From: Amoebophrya sp. A120
Lineage: Eukaryota; Protista; Dinoflagellata
NCBI GenBank assembly: GCA_905178155.1
Contig: CAJINV010000006.1
Span: 502,398 to 566,397, forward strand
Direction: 5' to 3'
DNA: 64,000 nt
The notes under the pieces were generated by a model that was not told where the DNA came from, searched no databases, and worked only from the letters and a program-made list of their open reading frames with translations. The translations under genes were made by a program, and so were the position numbers. Below, in pieces: positions 12,139 through 22,788 of this stretch. Position 1 is the stretch's first letter, and each line of letters opens with the position of its first letter.

Positions 12139-14473
12139 GATCGTTTAATGTCCTTTCGGTTTCGGTTTCGCCCGCGCTGCGCTGGAAATTATAACACGTT
12201 CGTTGCTCTGTTGTTGGCAGAAGATGCAGAAGGCAGAAGCGCTTGGTGTGGTTCTGCTCGAGCAGGTGGTCCACACTTATTTCATCTAGTGTAAAGTTGA
12301 AGTTTTGTAGTTGTTATATCGTAAAAATCTTATGCAGGGAAGTTGTTCTTGCGTCGATCGTTCGTTTGTTTCAATAACTTGTCAAAATTTTTACGTCTGT
12401 AGTTGCATTTGTCTGATTGCACGGTCAGCCGGAGACAGAGTTTGACCTAACAAACTTTTTCTGCAGCATAATTCTCGTGCCTGATAAGAAGTAGTGTCCT
12501 CGAACAAATTTGTTTGAGAAAAATCCCGTCACCTGTAGGAGATTCCTATTCCAGCATGCGCAGGTTCCATAATATTGCCCCTTCCTTCTACGCAAAAAAT
12601 CAATACCATTTAACTATTGCATTTGCGGATAGAGTTCCTAGTTGTACTGCTCCTGCTGGTGTTAGAAAGAAATAGTAAAACGTAGCATAGTCCAATACTC
12701 CCGAACTGGTTACTATCAATCGATAAAAAAAACCGTACGAGTGCTTGATATCATGAGTGCGCGAAATAATTCTTCGTAGCTGTTTACTCTACTACGAGAC
12801 GAACGATAATTCCGTTTTTTTACTATTGCCGTGACACGTACCTGTCACTTGCCGATTGCGCTGCGCTAGCTGCTGCTGCAACCCTCTCTTCCTGAAGATC
12901 CATCGGACAAACAGAAACAGAAACAGATTCAAATAGAAATAGTCTTTGCATTTAGGCAAATAAACCAATACCTCTGATGTGACACACACAGGCTGTCGAT
13001 CTTCACGCTTTTCATGAAAAATATAGTACAGCTTGTGGTGCTATACAGAGTTCTTCAACGGCATTGAGTTTGGTTGAATTCCAATAGGGTAATTCTTGAA
13101 AATCTTTTACTTAAAAAGTGGTGGTCAGAGAGCACTTGAAATTTACCTTTTATAAAAGTCTCTATCGCTTCTCCAAACGAGAGTAGGACTTTTGCTTTTC
13201 ACAATAGTTCCTGAAATAGTTTTTTTTCACAGCGTATTTGTATTATCGTGCTTCTTGTAGCATGACAACATACGAACCTTCTGCATAGCGTACAGGACGT
13301 ACGGACAAAAAAAGTCCACCGCTCTACTTCGTTACAACCACTGCACAACTGAGATCTTCCGAAACAGCACGAGCGGAGAGTGTGGTCACACCTGCGTGTA
13401 CTAAACAAAGGTGTCGTTTGTAGATAGATCTCTTTCCAAAAGTTGTACAGGAACGTCTGCAATCAGCCGGTTCACCAACATGAAGATCTTACTTCTGCGA
13501 GTAATTGTTCAATGCGAAAACAACACACGACTGAGGTGATGATCTCTTGCTTCTTCGCTTGTCGCCGCCACTGACGATAAAATAGATCCTGCTCGTGCGG
13601 CGACGACTGAAACAGGTAATAAATAGACCCTGCTGCATCAGTCTATTCATTAGTGGTTCTTCACAAAAATGATGCTGACATCTGTAGCTCCATTGCGAGC
13701 CACTTGCGATGCTAAAATTATGGGCTAGACTTGGACTTTCACTTTCCTCGTTTCGATCGGAAAAAAAAAATCAACATCAAAAACGACAAAGAGATCTCCT
13801 CATGTGTAGTTCTGTTTGCAATGCAAACGCCAGTACAGATAGAGCTTCTTACGTGTTTTGGATCTCCGCGTAGATGAACTGTTGATGATGAACATCAGCA
13901 GATCAGACCCATCTTCATGCTCGCGAAATATTAAAATCATGTCCTACTGTCTAACCACAGGACGGATAATTTCATCTGAACAGCAGTACTACCCTCTGGT
14001 CGTCGTCGTGACATGGAGAGCATTTGCTCTTTCCTGTTACAGTCTACTACTTCCAGTCGTGGTCCTACACGACAGAAGTTTTTTCGCTTTCCTCGCCCCC
14101 ACAAGAAATCGAAATCTGTGTGGCGTTAAACAAAAATGTTCGACTGTGGTGGTAAACAAGATTTTGTTTTCTTGTTCACCACTGCTGTTCGACAGGGAGG
14201 TGCTGATCGATAAGTCAACAAGGTCCACCCCACGTTCCGCATAAAAACTTTCGCTAGCACAATGATTGGAATTATGGGACCTCCTGTCACGCGACAACAA
14301 TGCCGGTGGTCTTCATGAAATCCATGTGACTAGTACCATCGTTTTATAGCTATTTAGACAATTGTTGAAGTAGATGAGAAGTATGATTTGAGGATGGTAC
14401 TAGCCGGGGCAAAATTGTAGATACAACCTCTTATCAAAGCATACACTGCCTTCTCCCTGAATTCTTGTAAACC

Positions 14474-16104
14474 TGCGCGACTAAATAGTAGTACAATTCG
14501 GATATTTATAGGCTCTCGGAAATTCATGTGAGAATCCATGTCTGAAAAAAAAAAATTCGCAAATTTCGAAACCCTCTGCGAATCTCATAACACGCGCCCA
14601 AAACCCAGCCCCGGCGAACCCCATTATGGTACCAAAGTCAACAAGGCCCCGAAAAGGGGGCTTCTAGAACTCTGAAAGATGCGCGCCGCTTTTCTTCCAG
14701 AACTCTGGAGCTTCTCTGTTGTGGACTTCGAACAAGCCGGCCCCCGATCCGGAGCCGGGTGATCCCCGAATGCCGGGGTTGGCTCCGCTGCCTAGTCCAT
14801 GAGGTGCCCACCACGGCTTTGAGGTTCCGAAGCCAACAAATTCGACGCACTTGAATTTCTCAGGCTCTGAAAGAAAAACGCCTTTTTTCTTTCAGAGCCT
14901 GAGAAATTCAAGTGTGTCGACTTCGAACAAGCCGGCCCCCGGTCCGGAGCCGGGTGATCCCCGAATGCCGGAGCTGGCTCCCTTGTCTATTGCGCTGAGT
15001 GGGCGACGGAGCTCCGAAGCTTCTGAAACCAAGAAGTTCCGGAGCGCTGGGTTTCCAAGATCGGACCCGCAGAAGGCAGCTCGCCCTGAAGGCGAGTCGC
15101 CTCATGGGGATTTGACTCGACAACACAATCCGAAACATTGGCGAGAGACGTTCGGCAGAAAAGGAGCAAATTTCTGAGCAGTGAATTTCTGGAATTCAGA
15201 AAGAAGCGAGCCCGCTTTCTTTCAGAACTCTGGGAAATTCATGTGCGAGACCAAGTGCGTAAATTTAAAGTTCTCGGCTGAGACTCCTCGAAAAGAGTCC
15301 CCAGAAGGACCCTTTTTTTCGCTTCCCCCGATGGCAATAAATTCAAGTGCGTAAATTTAAAAGACTCCTTCGAAGGAGTCCTTGCAAGGAGTCCCCGCCT
15401 GGACTCATTGCAAGGTGTAGCCGGAAGAGTCGAACGCAAATCCAAAACGAAAACGATTCATCCCCAACAATTTGCACTAGCACCAGCAGATGCCCCAACT
15501 ACCTCCTCCCCCAACCCCCGCTACCTCCCCTGGAGCCCGAGCCTTCTCCTTCCCAACCCAGACCACCTCCTCTACAAGTTCAGCCGCCTCCTCCCTGAGC
15601 CAGGTCTTCTCCTGTGGGCCCCGGCCAACTTCACGCGGAGCCCAGACCACTTCTTCCACAGCCTAAGCGCCCTCATTCGGAGCCCGGACCCCCTCCTTCC
15701 AAACCTACGCCACATTTTTCGGAACCCAGGCGACCCTCGTCCCAACCCGGAAACGGCCCCTGCCCTCCCGCTGCTTTCTTCTAAATTGCCAGAGCCGAGG
15801 CGCTTCAGCTTTGAAGGCAAAACCCATCGCCCCCTTCTGAGCTGAGCCCGCCCAACCCTTGCAGACCTACCTGCCCCAGAGGCCGAAGCTGGAGGAGCCT
15901 GGCTATGCTGGTAGCCACGTGGGGCCGTGTCATTTGTCTCTCCTCGAGCCACCTCGCAGTCGGGGGCGGGTTATACAAAAATGGCCTGAGTTGAGGCGCC
16001 TCACTTCACGAAGGGCAACCAGCTTGCCGAACTGAGGCGAAGGAGCTCAGCTTTGTTGGCATTGCTTGTCCAGGGCCCCGAGTGCGCGACTAAATAGTAG
16101 TACA
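14474..16104. mobile_element. 1.6-kb hairpin-rich non-coding element with 22-bp flanking direct repeats
   Basis: TGCGCGACTAAATAGTAGTACA at 14474-14495 and 16083-16104; internal ~50-bp direct repeat (14727/14921); 37-bp stem hairpin 14842-14920. Confidence 0.55.
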
Positions 16105-16497
16105 TCGGTAAAATGTAAATTCGGATATTGCAGTGATTGGAACAAGACACAGAAAGGGATAAGAAAGTTAAGTCATCTAGAACATAAAAATACTTGACTT
16201 GTTTAGTAGTGAGAAACCAAAATGCTACTGCATCATGGCACCGAGAATAAAATAGCAGCAGCCCAAAGATTTTCATAATTGCAGACCAAGAACAAATAAT
16301 TGCTGACTACAAAGAACAACTTGCAAGCCCTGCTAGATTTATGCATGCAAGACCTGCTCGATTTATGCAACGAAAGAAAAACAATAGATAACCATAGCGG
16401 CAACATCAAATAGCACCATTCTACTGCACAGTGTCAAACGGCACACGCTGCTAGGTGGGCCGGAGCCGAAACCTCGTAGCCTCCTCCGTAATTAGAT

Positions 16498-18059
16498 TCA
16501 GTACAGAAACATCACCGGCTCTGGATTGTAGGGCCACGTGCACACCCACTCTGAAAAGCACTCAGCTATAGCTTTTCTGGATCCAACATCCTTGCCGCGG
16601 TCAACACAGGCCTTAAAGTAAGTATCCTGTTCCCACCTCATTCGCCAATCTCGCCAAGCCGGGTTTAGCCGCTTCCCGCGGTCTCGCGCACACTCCTCCG
16701 CTGCGTCAACAGTAGGCAAGTTATGAAACTTGTGCGGATGTTTCAAACTCACACGCGGAGTCGAACCAATCATCTTGGGCTCGTGGTTGTAGGCGACCCA
16801 GACCTGATACCGGTCGCCCCAATGCTTGTACCGAGGGCCTGCGAAGTCAGGGCCGGCGTCGGTCACTTCTTTCATTTCTTCTGCCCACTTTTCTCGCCAT
16901 GCTCGCCACTTTGGATTTAGTCGCTTTGCGTTTTCCCGCGTGTATTTCTGTGCCAGCTCGAGAGTAGGCAGCTCATCATACGTGTGCGGATGGTTCTCAG
17001 ACACCATAAAGCGATGCATCTGCGGCTCCGGGTTCTTGCGCACCCAGGAATGATAGCGGTTAGCAGCAGGTTGAATGAAAATGATGCCGGGGCCAGCGGA
17101 AATGTTATCGCCCACCTCGGTGGTTCCTTCTTCAACCTGACTCCACTCCTTTCGCCACTGGCGCCACTTTCTCTTCAAACGCAATCCGTTAGCCCGCGCG
17201 TGCTCCTCTGCCTGCGTGAGTGTGGGCAACTCATTGTAATTGTGCTGCGGCTCACTCACTGACAGATTATCCGCCGATTGGGTGCTGGTGCTGGGCCTGG
17301 GGGAATTGGCTTTTTTATTTTTATATGATCCGCCTAGTACAACCGGCTCCTTCCCCTCAAGCTGAGCGCTGTTCGAGGAAATCAAATGCAAAAATGTCTG
17401 GGTCTGGAAGAGTGCAGACTTGTCATGCATATTTTCCATGCCCCATGAGGTCTGGAATGCACGACCTAGCATGACAGACTCGGTGAGAGTTTTATCATGC
17501 CAATCCTGCATGAGAAACTCCCTCCAAAGTTGGTCGAAAGTGGACAGCTTTTGGCACTCGCGCAACACAGATTTCTGCATGTTTCGGATTTAGCATGACA
17601 AGTTGCAATCTTCCAGACATCCAGGGATTTTTGCAACCCATAGAGGACTTCTCTCGGCAAATAAACGTGGTCTCCGCCTGCTCCACTTGGCACCCCAATG
17701 CGCCGGCTATCCCGAATAAAATAAACGTCCCCACCTCATAGTTGTAATGCAAATCGACATGCTGAAAATGTTTCTCATGCGGAGCTCCATGAGAGCCGTT
17801 CTTCCCTAGTCGTGTTTCGGATTTTGTCATGCTCCAAGAAGCGCGATGCGCTAGATCTGTGACGCTTCTGACAACTAGCTAAACAGGATAAAACTACTGG
17901 GCCAAGCTTGTCATGCGCAACGACCAAAGCTGGTGCATTTGTCTAGCAGATTCCGCATGTTGACTCTGGGCGGGTGGGGACGTTTTTACTCAGGATACCG
18001 GCGGGCAGAAGAGTAACATCCTCTTCGCTTTTCTCTACCAAGATGCCCTCCATCGACAT
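16498..18059 (-). CDS. Hypothetical ~332-aa protein with three ~75-aa Trp-rich repeats; 3 exons
   Basis: Exons 17998-18059,17643-17702,16498-17374 = 999 nt in frame; repeat H..ELPT..A...R....RL...WR.WR..W...EP.M x3; start codon tentative. Confidence 0.75.
17380..17642. mobile_element. Introner family A
   Basis: TSD GAGGA, first base T>A. Confidence 0.88.
17708..17997. mobile_element. Introner family B (TIR ~TATCCTGAGTAAAAACGTCCCCACC)
   Basis: TSD CCGGC. Confidence 0.9.
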
Positions 18060-18212
18060 CGATTGGTAATTGGCTCCTGAACGTCTACGACAATGTCGAT
18101 GGTCCGAGGTTTTTAAAAGGTTGATGATGTTGAGGCAGTTGTACTACCTATGTACAGTTCTCAGACGAGTCGAAGAAAAGTAGTAGCTGTACTGGCGTAT
18201 TAACTAGTGCTA

Positions 18213-18237
18213 GATGATGATGATGATGATGATGATG
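18213..18237. repeat. (GAT)8 microsatellite
   Basis: Directly visible. Confidence 0.9.
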
Positions 18238-19130
18238 TCACCCAGTAAAGGGTTTTTTTGAGTTGTAAGTAGTGGAATTGCAAATACGTAGTCGAAAACA
18301 ACTACGAAAGCGTTGTGTGACTGAGAAAAAAGCAATTTGGACTTGCTCAACTATGCTCCAAAAGGAGGGAAAATTATCCGAATAGTGGATTGCGCCACTT
18401 ACGCGCGCCGCTTGCGCAAAATTTTTGGGGCTCGGAACAAACCAGCACCTGGGAGGGCGTAGTATTGGCACGGAGCAGGGATTGAAATGGTTAAACGACA
18501 GGAAAATACTACAAGCGCCCAATTCTTCTGCGTCAAAAGTTCAAAACACCGACTCCGACTCCGAGGCAGCCTCACTACGATGACTTAGTTGCTACAATAG
18601 ATACCACACAATATTCACCGATAAAGATCACGCTAACTGTCCGAACCTGGTGCAACACAAACATCCCGGGACCGGTTTTCTTCTATCGCTTGCTGCAATC
18701 AAATCAAAACCGACAATAAGAATGATATCAAATCAAAACCGATATTACATCTACGTGCTCGTGCGGTTCCGGTTGCATGTGACGCGTAAAGGTATTCAAA
18801 CAGTCTATGTGAAGAGTGGATCACAAACTGTTGCTGACGTGTGTAGTAAGTTGCGACGAGAACGTTGAGTTTGGCTTGATTGGGACGTTTTTCGTTTCGA
18901 TCGAAAAAAAATGCCGTCATGTGTTCACATGTTTCCAGTCGTTCTGCACGGCAGGTTTTTGATTTTGTTGCTACATATAAGTACTTACATCAAGTTCTGG
19001 TGCCGCGCCGCGCGGCCTGTTCCCGCGCTGCACTTCATCTCCTGCAAGACGACTTGGTTCATCTTAGTGGTGCTTGAAACTACAAGCAGCTTGTTTGTCC
19101 AGGGTTGGGTTCGACACGCGTACGATTTTT

Positions 19131-19634
19131 CTACTTTTTCTTCTTCCCTTCATGTGGAGGTTCCTCATCATCCGAACCTTTTTTCCCCTCAAATCTACTC
19201 ACCCCAGTGACAAAAGCTTCCGAAGATAAATACACGAAATACAAGTACACTAAGCAGCTAAATCCGCAAATAAACGTCATCGGAATCGCCGGGACGATTT
19301 TTTTCGGGTTTTTCCAGTACCGCTTTAGGAAAAAACCGGCCAAGATAACCGACAGCGCCGCTAACAACGCAGATCCGTTCCTCATATTGTTCGTGTTCAC
19401 CACGGCGGTGCGAAAAAAGAAGTAACTCGTCCCCTCAATGAGTCCCGCGGTCAAAGCGCCGGCGAGGAGGGAGATGTAGGAGTTTTGCACCGTGTACCCA
19501 ATCGCACCGCCGAGGAGGAACAGCGCGGCGTAAACGGAGGAGTAACGCACCAGCGGGTTGCCAACCGGCTCGTCTGGCTGGTCGTCATCTTTATTCCCAC
19601 TCGCTGGTGGTCGTGTAGCTGTTGTGGAGGACAT
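19131..19634 (-). CDS. TMEM14 (Tmemb_14/FAX-like) small membrane protein, intronless
   Basis: YAALFLLGGAIGY..NSYISLLAG motif, about 4 hydrophobic helices, RYWKNPKKIVPA. Confidence 0.75.
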   Translation of the reverse strand: MSSTTATRPPASGNKDDDQPDEPVGNPLVRYSSVYAALFLLGGAIGYTVQNSYISLLAGALTAGLIEGTSYFFFRTAVVNTNNMRNGSALLAALSVILAGFFLKRYWKNPKKIVPAIPMTFICGFSCLVYLYFVYLSSEAFVTGVSRFEGKKGSDDEEPPHEGKKKK

Positions 19635-20119
19635 GATTGGGCTATCGAATTTGCTAACCTTCCTACGCGCCTTTATTATTCTGCGGAGATGAAGCGGCCT
19701 CGCATGATTTCTACTTTTTGCTTTTCTTTACTGCAGCGGACATCACCCGGAACGCCTTGCGCCAGCGACTGAAATCAAAGAAACCTGTAAACCAGAAGAG
19801 AACTTCGGCAGGTGATAGAACGAAGACAAAGTAGATCGTCGAAAAGCTCCAAAAAGACAGGAGGCACCTGGATCTGAAAAAAGACAGAAGACCATCGAAT
19901 GACAGAATACAACTGGATCTGGAACACGGTACCGCTTTCGATATTTCCATAGAACCACGTCGCCATCGACGTGCCATGGATGACTGGGTAGTTTCAAAAC
20001 ATTTTTTTCACCTGATTCACCTGATAGATTCTTGCGTTGAGAAAAAATCGTTCACTTGCACGACCAGCAACCACGGCAGGACATAGGTCTCCACCAGCGA
20101 GCATGTATTAAGCACCTAT

Positions 20120-21604
20120 TCAATGTCTCGCTTGCGCAAAGGCGACAATCATCCAAAACAAAAGGAAGAAGCCAAATCCCACCATCCCGTAGACCCAGGT
20201 CGGCAACGGCAACGCCTGCTCCACATCATAGTAATACGTCAGTATCGATTGAAAAACATTCGGATACGCCTGCTGCCCGATGATCTTCGCACATTTCGTG
20301 TTCATGGTGCACCGGAAGACGATTTCGGTAACTAACGGGTTGGAAATCCCATCTTCGGTGATGTTGCTGCACGAGGTCGACGCATTTGGTTCAAACGAAC
20401 TGGGGTTGTACTGCAACTCCAGTTCGGGTACTCCCCTGCTGAACACCAAGTTCCACTCCTCATCCAAAGCTTCGGCGGTTATTTGCGGGTGGTGCGAGGA
20501 TTTTGCTGTTGATTCCGTAGCAGTCGTCGAGGCTGTGCTTGTGGTAGACGAAGACGAGGGAAAATCAAAATTGTCGAATTCGCCTGCACCATCGGAGTTT
20601 TCGCCAAAAGCAGCTGCAGAGGATGCAAGAATCCCTTTCTGCTTTCGGTTCACCAGGTTAGTCTTAGTCGTTTTCTGTTCGTTGGTAGAAGTTCCTCCCG
20701 AGGTGCTGTTGCTACTTGCAGTGGACGAGCGGTTGGTGTTGCGCATGAAATCATCCTCCATGTGGTCCTCATCAGCAACGGACCTCAGCGCGTGAGATTT
20801 TTCGCCTGATCTTCCCTCCGAATCTGAAACAGCCTTGCTTTCATCTCCTCGTCCAAGAAATATAACCCTTTTAACAATCGCCAAAATCCTGTAAGACCAC
20901 CTTTGCTGCTCCAAAAACTTTTCGTACCGTTCGTTGTGCAAAACCTCTCCGTCGAACTTCTTCCTCCGCACGTCCTCCGCCAATTTTTCCGATTCCCGCA
21001 TTTTGTTCCGCTTTTCCTCCAACGCCTTTAACTCTTGTTCCACTGCCGTTCTCACTTGCCGTTTCACCACTCTTTCGAACTCTCGTTGGATCAACTGCTC
21101 ATCCGCCAACCCCAATCTTTCCAACACCGACAAGGCGCCCTCGAAGCGAAATTCTAACCGCATTTTCTCATCGTTAAACCTCGGCTGGTAACCACGCGGC
21201 CCGTAGAGCTTGATTTTGTTCAAAGGAAGGTCGATGGAATTGTTATCCATCTGGTAATGATTGTTGCTCGGCGATTTTGAAAGTTTAAGTGTGAAGTTCT
21301 GGCTCGCGTAATCGGAAATGATGGAGAGTTCTTCCTGCAGTTTTTGTTGGGAAGATGAAGAGGATGATGAACTTTTCGCTTTTGATGTAGTTGTGGAACT
21401 CTCATCCTCTCCCACTTGTTTCGCGTAAAGCGCCTGCCCCAGTTCCTGCCCGGCGGTCACGTACAGCCAGCGCTGGCAGGTAAGTTCCTCATCACAGTTT
21501 GCGTCGTTTAAGGTAGGGGGGTGGGGAAAGAAACCGGTACTGGAGCTGGTACTAGCAAAGGAGGACGAAGGAGCAAAAGAGGTTGCGGTAAAGGTGGAAG
21601 ACAT
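20120..21604 (-). CDS. Hypothetical 494-aa protein with coiled coil and C-terminal transmembrane helix, intronless
   Basis: Long ORF, E/K-rich central region, hydrophobic WVYGMVGFGFFLLFWMIVAF tail. Confidence 0.75.
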   Translation of the reverse strand: MSSTFTATSFAPSSSFASTSSSTGFFPHPPTLNDANCDEELTCQRWLYVTAGQELGQALYAKQVGEDESSTTTSKAKSSSSSSSSQQKLQEELSIISDYASQNFTLKLSKSPSNNHYQMDNNSIDLPLNKIKLYGPRGYQPRFNDEKMRLEFRFEGALSVLERLGLADEQLIQREFERVVKRQVRTAVEQELKALEEKRNKMRESEKLAEDVRRKKFDGEVLHNERYEKFLEQQRWSYRILAIVKRVIFLGRGDESKAVSDSEGRSGEKSHALRSVADEDHMEDDFMRNTNRSSTASSNSTSGGTSTNEQKTTKTNLVNRKQKGILASSAAAFGENSDGAGEFDNFDFPSSSSTTSTASTTATESTAKSSHHPQITAEALDEEWNLVFSRGVPELELQYNPSSFEPNASTSCSNITEDGISNPLVTEIVFRCTMNTKCAKIIGQQAYPNVFQSILTYYYDVEQALPLPTWVYGMVGFGFFLLFWMIVAFAQARH

Positions 21605-22788
21605 TTTGTTGCTTTTTCTTTTGTCGTATGGGCGAGTACTACGCTACAAGTGGATGAAATGCGAGTGACACAAACCATAAGAAATTTCTCATCTTTTCGC
21701 CTTTGGATTTATGAGGGGAATAAAAAACAAAGTACCATTGTCGAGGGTAAAAAAAAAACATGGAAATCACTCTGAACTAGATTCTCGGCGTGTGTACTAA
21801 AATGCAATGTCACCTGGTGCGGGCCTGAAGAATTTATTTCAAACGCGGAAAAAAATTTTGACTACATTTTCCGTAATGAAGTAAGTACTATAACCGATGC
21901 AAGTGGTCGTGTAATGGTGAAACCAGATATCACTTTTGATTTCTGCCTCTTGTGCGAACACGGTGCCATCCGAACGGTTTATTTTCGACGGGGTAGAGGA
22001 GACCCCCATGTAGTCCCGACCATGAGTTCTTGGGACTGCGGTCGACGAGGCGATATTTTTCAAATTTCATAACAAAATGTGTACAGGTCGTAGTGGTCGT
22101 CTTTCTGGTGGTTTCTTAAGTGATTTAATTGCAACAAACTTTGAATACATAGAGAAGTTGTGGACATTCCGAAACAAAATTCTTCAGCTACAAAAGAAGC
22201 AATGGAACTAGAAAATCATGCTCTAGAAGTAGAGCACTTGTAAACATTCACAATACAAATCACAGTTGCGTCTGCGTGCAACTACTAGAAGGTGTAAAAA
22301 TAAATCGGCTATAAAAAGTTGATACTGCAAATAAAGCTAGCAAGCGCTACCGGTGCTGCGGCCTTGCGTTTCTCTCTTGTAGTGCTCTCTTGTTTGAATA
22401 AACGGATAATTGTTCAGAAGCTAAGTGGTGCATTTCATTTCAAATACACGCGTACGATACGATAATCATAAAATTTCGGCTTTCCTCGTTCTGGAATAAT
22501 CTCGTCTAACATCGACGTCCTCGGTAAAAAAATAATCACGATGCGTAAAAATAAAACTCAGTACGAATGAAGACTTCAGCTGGTAAATTTCGATTGTAAC
22601 AATGTCCTCCAAAAGCTGATGTGTCTATCACAGTGCACTTCATCAGTAAAAAATCTCAAAATCTCGGATTCTCTGTGTTCCTTTCCGTCAAGATATTAAG
22701 CTGTGGGCGTGGTAAAAAAACGAAGCTTGGCCGCTGATCTAGTCTACTATGTGATCTCACACTTCTTGATTCCATGGTTACCTTTGGA

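Noticed and set aside
14496-16082. Hammerhead ribozyme (Penelope-like) in the hairpin-rich element
   Set aside because: No CUGAnGA...GAAA core with supporting stems found by eye
16498-17580. 360-aa ORF with start at 17580
   Set aside because: The start lies inside a family A element; the true 5' exons are upstream
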